DNA of 58,655 bases, counting the filler, from Bipalium vagum (lineage: Eukaryota): NCBI GenBank assembly GCA_037834085.1. It is 3 parts of 3 records of this genome, joined end to end, with 100 filler letters (N's around TTAATTAATTAA, not from the genome) between each part and the next. Parts side by side here need not be neighbours in the genome. Positions count along the whole stretch, not along the records: positions 1 to 17,852 come from JBBMKC010048679.1; 2 more parts are not named here. One strand, 5' to 3'. The notes below the pieces were generated by a model. It had not been told where the DNA came from. It saw only the letters and a list, made by a program, of their open reading frames with translations, and made no database searches. This document shows positions 1-12,400 of this stretch, piece by piece. Made by a program: the position numbers and the translations under genes. Each line of letters opens with the position of its first letter. Position 1 is the stretch's first letter.

Positions 1-57
<57 letters not shown>
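1..57. repeat. (ATT)n microsatellite
   Basis: 19 perfect ATT units at the window start. Confidence 0.97.
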
Positions 58-1793
58 GTGTCTTTCGCTATCCCAACAATATAGAAAAATAGTTATTTAT
101 TTTACTGTTATTGTCTTATCAAAGACTGGACCCGATTCTTTTAAAACTTTTTATATTATTTTTCATTCTAAATTAAAATTATTTTAAATTCAAATATAAT
201 TATTAATTTAAAAATATATTTATTTCATTTATTAATTGTATAAAAATATTTTAAAAATAAAGTAGTAACGTAAAGTTACTAATTATAATTATTATGTAAA
301 ACTTTTAAGTTTAAGTTTATAAAAATTGAATAAAAGTAAAAAATTATAATATAAAATCTAAAAATAGTAATCAAAAAATAATATCAATACTGTAGCATTT
401 CAGTATGAAATTACCAAAATATTGATAAAAAGAATTCATAAATAAAATTGAAATACGAAATAAATTTGCAAAAGTTGAAAGAAATAAGACCAAACGAAGT
501 GACAATAAAGATAGATCCAAAATTAAACCGAAACGAATTATAGTCGAAAACAAAAATTTTAAAATATTAAAATTAATTTATTTATACAATTTTTTATCAA
601 ATCTAAAATAAGCAATTATTAAATATTTAAATAAATCATTAAAAAATAGTTATTGGGTTCACAACTGCTTGCAGTTGAACCGATAAAAAAATAAAATAAA
701 ATTCCTGTTTAGAAACTATAATTCGAGTATTATGAATTAAAAGTTATTAATTATTCGATTGAAATAAATAGACACTAAAGGTTTTATCAGAAACTCAAAC
801 AATTGGGAATAAATAACTATAGTTTTTCATTTGCTTTCTATTAGTACTTTCAATTTTGTATTTTCAACTTCAAGAGGACTGAGAACCGAATTTCTATTTT
901 TTTTTGAAAATTTTATATAATAATAATTACATAATTAATAATTAAATTAAAAATATTAATAAATAAATTTCTATTTATCTTATACACATACATATGTATC
1001 CAGTACAGCAGTAGAGACAATTATTTACAATGTGTAAATGTCACATTCACATAATCTCCAGGTGATGTCAGTGTGACGGATCCTAGAGTCCCAGACGACA
1101 CTAAATATAAAATTTAAAGCACGTTAGGAGTCTGAACAAATCACTCTGTGCACCATCAAGAGTAAATTGATCTCTGCTCCTCATTGCAGTCGATATCTGC
1201 CAATGGAGGACAGGAAAACATCAAGCTCAAACCACAATAAAGGGATATAATTTATACAAAGAATACATATAAACACATTCGATTGCAGGTTGAGAGTACA
1301 ATAATCATGGAAGATATTAAGAAAGGAACTGTGCACGAAGACAAGATTGTAATAGGATTGAGGATTCATAGTATATAGAGATAATAACAAGTTGAATAAT
1401 AATGATAAGATAATAGATAATAGATAATAAGCAATATTATTCCTGAGCAGAGGGAAGTACCGTCTCCGGGAGAGAAGTGATATGAGTTAGGTATATTTGA
1501 TAGAACTCTTTAACAGCCGCAGTTAGGAACTTGAGGGCTAGAGCACGTCTCTGATTCTTTCAACCGCTATCTTAAAGGAATTTTTTAATATAATTTATTC
1601 AAATTTATGATAGTACTCAACACATACTAATTATCAAAATAATTTTCTTTCAATAATTTTTGAAATATTATTAAATGTAAAATAACAACATTTCATAAAA
1701 AAATTTAAAAATTGATTGGAAAAATGAAAACTAAATAATTTCAAAACATTTGACTTTTAATACTTTGTTTCCATAGATTCCTGCATAATTTAA

Positions 1794-2296
1794 ATGTTTT
1801 TAAATAAGCAAGATTTTAAAAATGCATTTTTATATTTTGATGATGACGAAAAGAAATATTTAAGTAAAACAGATTTTAAATTAGCTTTCATAAGTTTATA
1901 CGGTTATAAACCATCAAAATCGGAATTATTAGCATTTTTTGATCATGCCGATATTATTTCATCCAAATTGGGAATTTTAGGATTTTCTTTTGAAAGGTAA
2001 TTTAATTATAGTTTCTTATAGTTTAATTGCCATTTAGATTTTTAGAAATTATGACTGAATTTAATAAAAAGCAAGATATAATTTATACTTTACCTTTTAT
2101 CAAGCAATGTTTTAAAACTTTTGATTTGGAAGATAAAAACTTTTTGAACATAAGTGATTTGGTTTTTGTTCTGAAAAAATTGAATATTACTTTACCTGAA
2201 AAGGTTGTGCAAGACGTTTTCAATCAAATCGACTCCGATGCGGATGGTAGAATTTGTTTTAGGGATTTTGAATATATGATGTTGTTAAAAGATTAA
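1794..2296 (+). CDS. EFCAB11: EF-hand calcium-binding domain-containing protein 11-like; exons 1794-1996, 2038-2296
   Basis: A 41-nt GT..AG intron (1997-2037) joins the two track ORFs in phase (AG|A = Arg). The product carries motifs I recall from EFCAB11 (YLSKTDFKLAFISLYGYKPSK; LPEKVVQDVFNQIDSDADGRICFRDFEY) and ends in an EF-hand. AATAAA at 2382. Confidence 0.88.
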
Positions 2297-3407
2297 AAAT
2301 TTTTTTTGTTCACTTCAATTTTGTCTTAATTTTTACATTTCCAATATTGGTTTATAATAATGTATGATACGGAAAGGTTTCAATAAATAAAAACAGTGAT
2401 TTGTTAATGATCGATATCTCAAAAAATTTAACAAACACAGCTAATTGTACTTTATCTGTAAAAGAAAAATGGTTTTAAACTTTATTTGGTAACAGTTAAT
2501 GAAATTTAACAAATTTTTATTCTTTAAAATAAATTCCATTGATATTAAAAATTGAAAAATATTATTGTGCCAGGGATTCGTTGCTTTAGACCGAGTTAGT
2601 CAAATCAAATTTTCTTTAAATTCATACATTGACTTTAATCTGCATTTTTATTGTATTATTTGGTAGGGATTTTTCATAAACCTTAATGATGACTAAACTA
2701 AGAATCGGGTATAAGAAGCTTCTAAAGTGTTTACATCTATTCAATTTGTTGACAACACAATTTGATAATAATCGTTTGCTAATTTGGAAATAACTTTAAA
2801 ATGCATTATTCTTTATTCCACGAAATACAAAGAAAACCATTTAGTGAACATTTCATTTTTGATATTGAAAAAGCCTCTTCATTTCATACCACTCCCAGAT
2901 TTCTTGGTTACCATTGCCGAAGACAGGAGATAAAATCATTAATTGTAATAAATATTGAATTAAAGTCAAAATTTAATTTAATTTTTTTTGAAAATAGAGG
3001 TAAATGTGTAAAATATTAAACAGAAACATTTTCAAAATTTGGTATGTGAAAAATATCGTTATACAATGAAGAATGTACTTCAGGTCAGTATTAATTAACT
3101 TTCAGAATGTAGTTAAAATTATACTCATGGTATTAAGTTTTAGAGAAGCATAAGCATTACTGGAATATCTAGAATCTTTCTATCAAGCACTCTTATCATA
3201 ATTCAGATAAATTAATGACCCATCTAAGTGTAAATTTAATATCGCTTTTAGTGCCAGTAAAATTTATATATTATTTATTTATATTAATCCCAAGATTTTC
3301 AAAAATGTTCAGATTAAGTTTTTGATTAATTGAGAAAATAAAATATTTAAGCATTTTCTAAAATTGATTTTCGTAGTACACGGAAAGATTTCCAGCTAAA
3401 CATAAAC

Positions 3408-6400
3408 ATGAATTTTTTATTCTTATTAATTTTTTTAACAGTGAGTATGCATTACAATGTTGTAGTTTCTATAACGTTGGATTCGAACAACATTCTTCAA
3501 GATATGGTCATCTTTATTAGAAGAGATGTCGAGGAGGACAATGAAATATTTTTAAATTCAATAAAAGTGAATTTTGTTCTTTGAAATGTCTAATTTTTTG
3601 ATAGACCTCCATAAGGGAAGCTTCAATGGCGTTGTTCAGAGCAACAATGGTCTTGGATCCTAATAAGAACGGTGTTCAGTTCGGGAAGGTCTTTATTATT
3701 GTTCCCAATACATGGACATCAGTGAAATCAATTGAAAATGAAATTACAAGACAAAACTGCGAAAATGCAGACATAATTATTACTAAAGATGATATAAACC
3801 AGAAAAGTGAACCTTTTACTATTCAAAACGATGAATGTGGTGAACCAGGTGAAGTCATAAAAATTCCTAAATCGTTTTTAAACGTTACAAAGGACAACAG
3901 AATAAGCATTGGTAACAAGTTAATTTCTTTTTCAGTTATTTATATTTTTTGTACCTTAAAATTATACATAATGAATGAAGAACATTGATGAATTTTTATA
4001 AAACTTTACATTATTTTCTATTTTAATTATTAAATTAAAATAATTATATTTACAGAGTGCGGCAAAAGTAACGTCTTCTTTATCTAGTAATATTCTTCGT
4101 CCACAAATTAATTATAAAAGTTAAGAAACTATTAAAATATTAAACCATAATTAAATAATTTAAGGAATAAGTGGAAAATGCTTCCTTTATGTTCAATACA
4201 TTTTTGAACCCTATTTACAACACTTCTACAATCTTGATGATACATTTCTACGTTAAATACTGAAAATCAATCAGAAATAGAGTGATTTAATTCTGGATTT
4301 TTTTCGGTTTAAGGCTGTAAACAAGATTTTTCAATACTTCCTACAAATCAAAGTCGTGTGATATTATCTGGTGAACTTGGTGACCTCTAAATGTTTTCAT
4401 GTCATCATATCCATATTCTACTATGATTAAGATGTAACCATTCACGAAAATTTAATCCATAGTAAGCAGCACATCACCCTGTTGAAAATATTTCTTAATT
4501 TTTAATTCATACCAGAATTCTTTTCGAAGCATATATAAATAATTATCAAGATTAACATTATCATTCAAGAATATTATTATTAGAATAAATGGCGGCTCTA
4601 ACTGTAACACCTGGTAGGTTAACATCTTTTTCTAAAATAACATACTAGTTAAAGAAGAGACAATTATGGCGATTAATATTTCCATTCAAGTTAAATATGA
4701 TTTTATCTGACAACTATATCTTATCTAAAAAATTCTTATCTTTCCCTTAACTCATAAAAAGTTTACTAAACTCTAATCGCCTGTCTTCATCTCCACCATT
4801 CAAACTTCTTAGCAGATGATGGGTATAAGTTTAAGATTTGATAAACACTTCTATCTCTATATTCAAAAGTGATTTTTAGGAGTTCTCAATAGTAATTTGG
4901 TTCAGTAGTCATTTTTATATATGTTGCTGAAATCGACTTTACTGATATTATTCACGCTTTTTGTTTTTTTCAAATTTCCTAATTTAAACTTATGATGTTT
5001 CGTCTCGGTATCTGTCCAGTGTTAAAATACATCAGATAAGATACGTCCGGCTTCAGCAAACTTATTTTTATTTCTATAATAAAACTGATTTGTTTTGTTT
5101 TCACTCTTATGTTTTTTTATTTATAATAAAATCAATATAAATTATCTACAAAAATTATATCAGACAAAACTAATAATTAGAAATATTGACTATAATAAAA
5201 ATATAAAAAAACAAGAGTTTGATTTTGACCGCATCCTGTATAAAGTACATTTTAGTTCTTATAATATTTTTAAAAGAATATTATAAAAATATTTAACTTT
5301 TTATAGGGAAAAGAATAATGAAAGAATTTGTTAAGTTCAGATATGGCGTTTTCAGTGAAGAGATATACCGAAATCAGTTCACAGTGTTTGACGGGTTCTC
5401 TTACATTCCTTCAACGTAATTTTTATAAAATTATTTTTATGCATATCATCAAAACTTTCTGTAAGATAATAAAGTTAGCAAACAGTCCAATGCATTAAAA
5501 TATTAGTTAAAACCTAGGTCTCATATTTGAATATTACAAAAATGTTTTCCTTTTTAATAAATTTTTGTTTTTATTGATTTAATTACTAAAATATAAAAAT
5601 AAAAAGAATAACTTATGAACATTTAGGTGTGGACAAAATATCAAGTGGAAATTATCAAATCCATATTCAGAATGCAGTGGCTTCAATAATTCTTGCACAT
5701 ATTCAATTGATCCAAATGCCAATCACTCTTACTCTATTATGTTTGATCATCATACGAAATCGGTAAACATATTTTTTCATAAAAATATTAAAAAAAAAAC
5801 ATTTTTTATATATTGTTAGTGTTATTTATAATTTCACAAATATTGAATAGTTAATATTGAGATTATATTATAATTTATGAAATATTAAATATAATTATAA
5901 AGATTTTTTTAGAGATAATTAAAAAAGATCTTTTAAGTGTACTAAAGCATCATTCAAAATATAAGTTAAAAATCAAGTTTAAAAACGACTGCACATATGC
6001 TTTATCTCTAGAGTGAATATTTCTGTGACAATGATCATCGTCCTCATAACAAATTAGCCAAGTCTCTTCACAATTATAAATGTGATGGAAGTAGTATCGC
6101 GGAGGTGATTCTGAGGCATGAGGATTTCAGTAAGTATATCATCACTATTTATTTTATTACAAAATGTATTTTGATAATTATTATTAAATTATTAACAGGT
6201 AAAAATTATTATTAATATATTACACCAGAACCACTTTTTGTTCATTGAATTTGCATAACGTACGTTTTTATGATATCATTGCAAAATTCCTGGCCCGATT
6301 TGAGACAGTGTAAAGTTAGGTGAGAGCTCATATATATTGATATTCATCAAGTAATATTATTAATATCAATATTAGGTTATATTTCAATAATGTTTTTTTA

Positions 6401-9400
6401 AAAATCGTTTAACATTTTTGCGATATTTCAAAATATGAATATCTCATGTCATGTTTTATGAATTCCAGAAAGAAATGAACTTTGGACACACTTGTAAAAA
6501 CATTAAAATCGTTTACTTAGAGGCTACTTCTCTCCAAACCATTGAATAATGATCTGCAAGATTATGTAATGAGGACTTTAACTTCGAAGGTCAACTCTGC
6601 TCTGAACGGTTTTCCGTCATCGATGACAGCTTGATTTGTACTTTGATATAAATATATGGAATTCAAGATAATAGATTGGGGAAAATCTGAGTGTTGACAT
6701 ATCGACTGCATTTAGCTATATAAAAAATCTATGATACATATCTAAGCTCCACAATGGTTCCACATAAATTATCAGAAACGGATAAATTGAATCGCATGAA
6801 TATTGCTATTTTCATCATTTTAAGCAATTAAAAACCTTTTTGGATAGATTAGTCACAAGAATTGAAAAGTTGATACTGTAGAATAACATTATAAGGAAAA
6901 AGACCTGGAAAAAGTAAATTCCATACATAAATATTAAAAATAATTTTCTTGAGGTGTTCCATTTTTTTAAAGCTTTTTATTCAATTTGAAAATCTTTTAC
7001 GTAAAACATTTAAATACATAAATATTATCGTGGGAAATTTTTTATTGCAATTTCATTTTTTCAGGAAAAAGTTTTACAAAAGAGCCATTATTTCGACTTC
7101 CAAAGTTTATCTTTCTCAAAAATAACAAAAGACGCATTTTCCTATTTCTGAACCTATCCAAGGATAAAGAAAAAGTAATATGTTTTTATCTAAATTTTTA
7201 TAAATCTATTTTATATTTTCTTAAACAACGTTTTTTAAGTAATTCATAAGGGTGAATCCGTGTTTTCCGATCAATCATAATTCGTTCTAAATTTTTGAGA
7301 ATATATTCACAATTTATAATCAATTTAGTTGACAATTAATAAAACAAAAGTTAAAATGAAAAATATTTGTAAAAATAAAACATACTAAAACAGAATTGGG
7401 ATTTGAATTTCGTATGGACAAATTACATGTTATCTTTTTTTTGGCAATATTTAGCATTCTTCGTTACATCCATTTGTTGAATTTCATTAATTAATTTATT
7501 TTTATTTTCAGCTGATACCGTCAGTAAAATTATCCATTAAACATTTTATAAATCATTCTATTGAAGACTCCGATGAATTTGGCCTGGCCACAAATGAAGC
7601 AGCAATGGAAACCATGGTTGATCTTATGCCAATGGGAATGGAAAATCGAAGGAAAATTCTTGATATGACAGAAAGATTGTTTACCAAGTTTGAAAGAAGA
7701 AACCCGAATAATTTATTTAGAACGATGAAGGTTATATAATTAAGTAAAATAAGTTTTAAATAGAGATGTGTAAAAAAATTAAAAACTATTTTTCCAAGGA
7801 ATTACTGATTTTAATGGTATTTTAAAGGCGCTCTGAAATTTATATCAAACTCATAATATATTATTTTTTAATAATTAATTGTATTAATAATAATTCTACT
7901 TTTTATATTAGATATTAAATGTTATTTTGAAATTATTAAGTTCAAATGCAGTGGTTCTCAATCCCGAGGTCGCCAGATTATGGTAGGTGTAAAAATCATT
8001 ATAAGCGAAATATCGTGTTTCATGATACTGTTAAATAAATATCAAGTAACAAAAAAGTTCTCGGAAAAATTAAAATTAAATGTTAGTTCAATGTTTTATT
8101 GAAAATATTTCATGTATTACAGGTAATATGACAAAAACCGCAGTCTAGAATATATGCATCATTGTTCTTCAATCTGCTCCCAACGCTTAAAAAACCTGTA
8201 AATGTCTTCTTTATAGAAATCATGATCTTTTTAACTTAGAAAAAATTGAAATTGTAAATTTGTTTCATTACTCGATTTGAATTTAGTGCCAGATAAATTA
8301 TTCTGCAAACATATATATATAGGTAATAATCTGAAAGGGATTTGTCCGGAGAATAAGAGGCATGTATCAAAACTGTCCAACGCAGTCTGTCAAGCTTCCA
8401 TTTTGTTACATTTGACTTATGTGGATTGGTGTTATTTTGTTGGAAGATTATTCCCTTTCTAATTAGATGTGAAGGCCAAGTTCTTTTGATTTCCGAATTA
8501 ACTTTACCTAACTTTTGAATATATACTTCTGTAGTTAGCGTTTGTCCACTTTTCAGAAATTCTTGATAAAAAACTCCTCATATATCTCAAAAATACACAT
8601 TAATACCTTCTTATGAGTCAAATTCACTTTATTTTATTTGTTAACCTCACTAAGCCAATGTGATACCCACTGACGAATAGCCAAGATCATGCAAATAATT
8701 TCCAATCGTTTGACTTGTGTTGAATAACTTTGATAATTCATCGGTTCTAATTGTTGGATTTGCTTGAATTGTTTCCATGACGTGTGTCTCAGAACTTTTT
8801 TTGTTACCTACTGTAAAATCCTGAGTATAAGCTGCAGCGCGTATTAGCTGCAGATGACATTTTATAAAAATATATTTTTTTAGTCGTATAAACTGCAGCA
8901 CGTGACAATGAAAAGTGTGATGGTTTTGAGGAGTGTGATGTTGAAAATTGAAATAAATAGTCTTATCTTCGATTTGAATTGTTTTTTAGTTGTATAAGCT
9001 ACACATAATAGTAGCTGCAATTCAAGAATGTTGCCTTTATGTACGTATTAGCTGCAGCTTATACTCGGGATTTTACATTAATAGTTTTTGGTGCTGATTA
9101 AACTAATTCTGTTCACAATTATCTTAACTACTATAATTCAGTATTTTATAGATTGTTATTATCTGATAATCTTATTATTATAGGTTTTGCTTTTATTAAA
9201 TATGGTGAGTTATGATTTATTTTTAGTAATATTGATTTTATTCGGGGTCGCCATAGAAAAAAGGTTGAGAACCTCTGTTCTAGTGATAAAAAATAGTAAG
9301 AATAAAAATAAAAATACTGAAATATTGACAATTTTGATTCTAAACAAAATTAATATTTAGGCAATCCACAGGCCAGCAACAGTAATCATTGTGTCCGATA

Positions 9401-12400
9401 CAGTTTTGGAGATTTCTGAAAAAATAAAAAGAAATTTTGTAGAAAGAGGAATAAATTTAAATGTGATATTTTATGGAGAAAAGTCAACTGAACATCAAAA
9501 ATTAATACTAAATATGCCAATGAACAAATTCATATTTGCCGATCAAAACCTTCCGTATGTTGATCTTAGCTTTAAGCTTGCTATGGCATTATCCTGTGAC
9601 GCCTCATTCAAAGGAATTACCAAAGTATTTTTTGAATAAAATTAAATTGTTTAAAGTAAAAAATTAATGCTATTTAGGAAATTCGAATATTTATCATTTT
9701 TATTTTATAAAATAAATTTGGTTACCTTAAAAATGTCAAGTGCGTGACTAAGAGTATTTTATCTAAACAGAAGTCTGAACATCTTGGGGTTTTAAACCCA
9801 TTTCAAACTAAATTAAAAAGAGAAATAAAAATTAAGTTTCCTTGCAAATTTCTTTACTTAGAAGTAAAACAGAAAATGTTACTGTAAAACTATGTTCGAA
9901 ACATTTTAACAACTTTAGAAGTAGAATAATAATTCAAAATTTATTATTAAAGTTTTTATAATCTTTTTGTGATATCTAAATACCAGTTTAGAATTCAAAC
10001 CTGGCTTATCAATAGGAGGATGAATATTAAAACTGGAATTCAGTAAAATTGATGTTATTTGAAAAAACTTTTAGTGTCCAGTTTTAAGATATTAACATTA
10101 ATCAAATATTTTTGGTAAACATGGATCACATACATTATTTTTTATATATTTTAGCATTAGGTTGTAAAGAAAAATAACGGTGGTTTTTATGAATTCATAT
10201 TTGCATTAAGAATTGTTAAATGAAATTTTGTTTTATTAATATAAATTTAAATCTTAAAGCGAAATCTTTTAAAAAGGTAAGTCAAAATTGTTTGATAAAG
10301 AAAAATTATCTAAATTTTTTAGGCATTTGAAAATGAGATATACGACATCTAAATTAGACAAGTGTTTTTTTATGAATGCAAAATTGGTTGTATTGCTTCA
10401 CAACCCTCTCGAAATCTGAATCACATATTTTGAGAAGGTACCACTTGTGAAAAATGATACCACTTACGTTCAAAACTGGTTTCAAAGATTTAAGAATGGA
10501 GATGAAGATATTCAAGTTAAAGACGGTCATGAACGAAAATCTTCCTTCTCCAATGACTATTTGAAGTCACTGGTTTAGACTAATTCTTGTACAACTGTTC
10601 CAGAGCTTAGCTATGCTCAAGGTGTTTCAGCTATGACTGTTTCAAACCATCTGCGGAAAATATGAAAGTCAGAGAAATTCGATAAATTGGTTTCACATAA
10701 TTTGACAGAAAAGCAGAAATTATGTAGTTCTGAGGTGCGGTCAGCACTTCTTTTGCGCGACAAAAAAAGAACTTTTCATCAACCGCATTGTGACATGTGA
10801 CGAGAAATGGATCCTGTTTGACAACCACCGACGTTCTCAGCAGTGGTTAGATCAACATTAACCTCGTAAATCTAAGTTGCACACACGGAAGTTTTTTTGT
10901 GAATGTTTTTCGGAGTTTGGGCTGATTTGATCCATCTTAAATTCTTGAAATGTGCTCAAACAATTTCCGCCGAAAAGTATTGTGGAAATTGAATAAATTT
11001 ATCAAAAACTGAGGTGCATTTACTAATCCTTAGTCAATAATAAAGGCCATTTCTTCTCCATGATAACGCCAGACCACATCGCACAATCTACCGTACAAAA
11101 ATTCAACCAGCTTGAAATTCTTCCTCACCATCCTACCGCTGGATCTTCAAACATTTGGACAAGTTTTTCAGGGAGAAGCTTTCATGATGATGATGTCATT
11201 TTGAAGACTTTGTAACATCTAGAACTCTTTTTTTATTGAAACGGGATAAATAAGCTTGTGGCACGATAGGAGAAATGTATTGTAATGATTTCTATTCTGA
11301 AAAATAAAATTGTGTTTAACCTGTGATTTGTTCATTTGAATTTAATGTTAAAAACCTCCATTTTTTTCTTTACAACTTAAAAAACATAATAATATCGTTC
11401 TCATAAACTATTTTTAATTTTGCTCGAGATGGTTTAAGTGTAATTAAAATGCCAAAAATGTAACATGAATCGCTAACTTAAACAAATCAATAATCGTTAG
11501 AATTTAATTGCACGTGGCCCAGTTAATTTAATAATAAATAAAAATATGTTAACCAATTTATGCTAAAACCAATATAATATTGAGACCAAATATCGGCATG
11601 CTTATCAAATTTTTATTATATAATTAAAAAAATTAAATTTCTAATATCTCAATTTTGTATAAACATAATTTGTTAAATTTATAAATAATATAAGTATGAA
11701 TATATGCTTTTCATTTGTAGATATGTGAATGGCAATATCACCTATATACAGATAAGAAAGGTAGTCTAAAAATTGATATTGGCAAAACTAATGGAAATAT
11801 TGTATTCGTAACACTACATTTTAATCAGAATATCTCCATGTATGATATTACTTTAATCAACAATATCAAAGAAGAGTTTTTACATTCAACGTATCTACAA
11901 GGTTACAATGCAACAACGCTGGGATTTACACTAATTGGAAATCTCACTGTAAAAATGACTTTATTCAAATAACTTGAAAAATATTCCTTTTTAGAATGGA
12001 AAATATAGAGTTCAAATGACATTAAAGGATTCAATCAAATCGAACGTCACTGCACAAATGTTCAAGTTTTTTTGCATAATATCTTCAACCTTCGACAAGA
12101 TTAATCCACGAAACTTAAATCCAATGGGGAAGATCTCTGTAAATAATATTAAGATGTTGGATGATCAGACAAAAGTAAAAGTAATTATTGATTTATCAGA
12201 ATGGAATATACGAGAAAATGAAACAGTACATATATCTTTAAATGTGAATTCCCAAAAAGATGTCAAACAATTCAGGCCTATGCTTGATAATGGATTAGGT
12301 AATTTCTGAATTTTATAATTTTAAGGTATAATTATAATTATAATGTAATAATTATTCTGTCTTATTCTATCATATAATTATAAATATCTAGTCACAATTT

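Larger units (their letters stand above)
7949..9277. mobile_element. Non-autonomous hAT (Buster/Charlie-type) element hosting nested insertions, CLCA intron 7
   Basis: TIRs CAGTGGTTCTCAA and TTGAGAACCTCTG; subterminal GGTCGCCA near both ends; 8-bp flanks TTCAAATG and TTCTAGTG (6/8 match, degenerate TSD). Confidence 0.75.

Noticed and set aside
1000-1575. GC-enriched island that might be a solo LTR (TGTGACG at 1072 to TTTAACA at 1515)
   Set aside because: No target-site duplication, PBS or second copy in the window, and no recognisable protein motif.
2350-3330. Possible small multi-exon gene between EFCAB11 and CLCA (short open frames and GT..AG spacings on both strands, ORF 2801-3019)
   Set aside because: I could not build a phase-consistent model on either strand, and there is no recognisable domain.
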